From positions 46,124 to 110,123 of IMG/VR virus record IMGVR_UViG_3300020601_000007: a DNA stretch of 64,000 nucleotides; one strand, given 5' to 3'. The position numbers were made by a program, and so were the translations under genes. Shown here piece by piece: positions 63,884 through 64,000 of the stretch. Under the pieces are notes generated by a model. That model was not told where the DNA came from and did not search any database. It saw only the letters and a program-made list of their open reading frames with translations. This stretch comes from a virus. Every line of letters starts with the position of its first letter. Within the stretch, counting starts at the first letter, position 1.

Positions 63884-64000
63884 ATGGGAAGAGAGGAAAA
63901 CGAGGGGCCAGCAGGGAAAGCACGGAGACAGAGAGCCCAGAAAAGAAAGCGTGAAGGATACCTGCGAGAGGTTTTTTCTGTTGCAGATGAGGATTCCGAT
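63884..64000 (+). CDS. Start of a basic protein, truncated by the window end
   Basis: ATG 63884 lies ~30 nt after CTTAAGTCC; frame open to the end. Confidence 0.4.
   Translation, partial: MGREENEGPAGKARRQRAQKRKREGYLREVFSVADEDSD

Larger units (their letters stand above)
1..64000. mobile_element. Segment of a large archaeal virus/provirus, probably tailless with internal membrane and jelly-roll capsid
   Basis: Gene-dense and mostly hypothetical. No host housekeeping operons. Carries an A32-like ATPase, beta-rich structural proteins, RusA, a Cas4-like nuclease, a thermosome and tRNA-Arg(GCG), and has a ~45 kb single-strand late block. Confidence 0.8.

Overview
The whole window reads as part of a large archaeal virus genome (or provirus), most plausibly a tailless, internal-membrane virus with vertical jelly-roll capsid proteins. 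Archaeal signals are a tRNA-Arg(GCG), a group II chaperonin, TATA boxes ~25-35 nt before start codons and GGAGGTGA-type RBSs. A marine Thermoplasmatota/Poseidoniales-like host is a guess. No terminase, portal, HK97 capsid or tail genes were recognised. Instead there is an A32/HerA-FtsK-type ATPase, beta-rich capsid-like proteins and many small membrane proteins. Layout: (i) 1-5.3 kb, small plus-strand early genes (Zn fingers, T5orf172 nuclease, Cas4/RecB-like nuclease, degenerate resolvase); (ii) 5.3-13.7 kb, minus-strand genes including an Arf/Sar1-like small GTPase operon and a thermosome; (iii) 15.3-60.3 kb, an almost uninterrupted minus-strand morphogenesis block with capsid/spike candidates, an Arg-rich protamine-like membrane-anchored protein, the ATPase, several proteases/hydrolases, a primase-polymerase/ligase fusion and giant multidomain proteins; (iv) RusA and a few hypothetical genes. 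The most striking patterns are three. First, a family of 'NP-punctuated' polyproteins whose enzyme modules (JAB, HD, guanylate kinase, ART-like, DUF3140, kinase, NUDIX, glutaredoxin, YbjQ) are separated by Asn-Pro motifs, with one module duplicated between two proteins. Second, a recurrent G-[LFM]-G motif in small membrane proteins, next to a transglutaminase-like cysteine protease. Third, the Sar1/Arf-like GTPase module. All family assignments come from motif recognition by eye; no searches were run.
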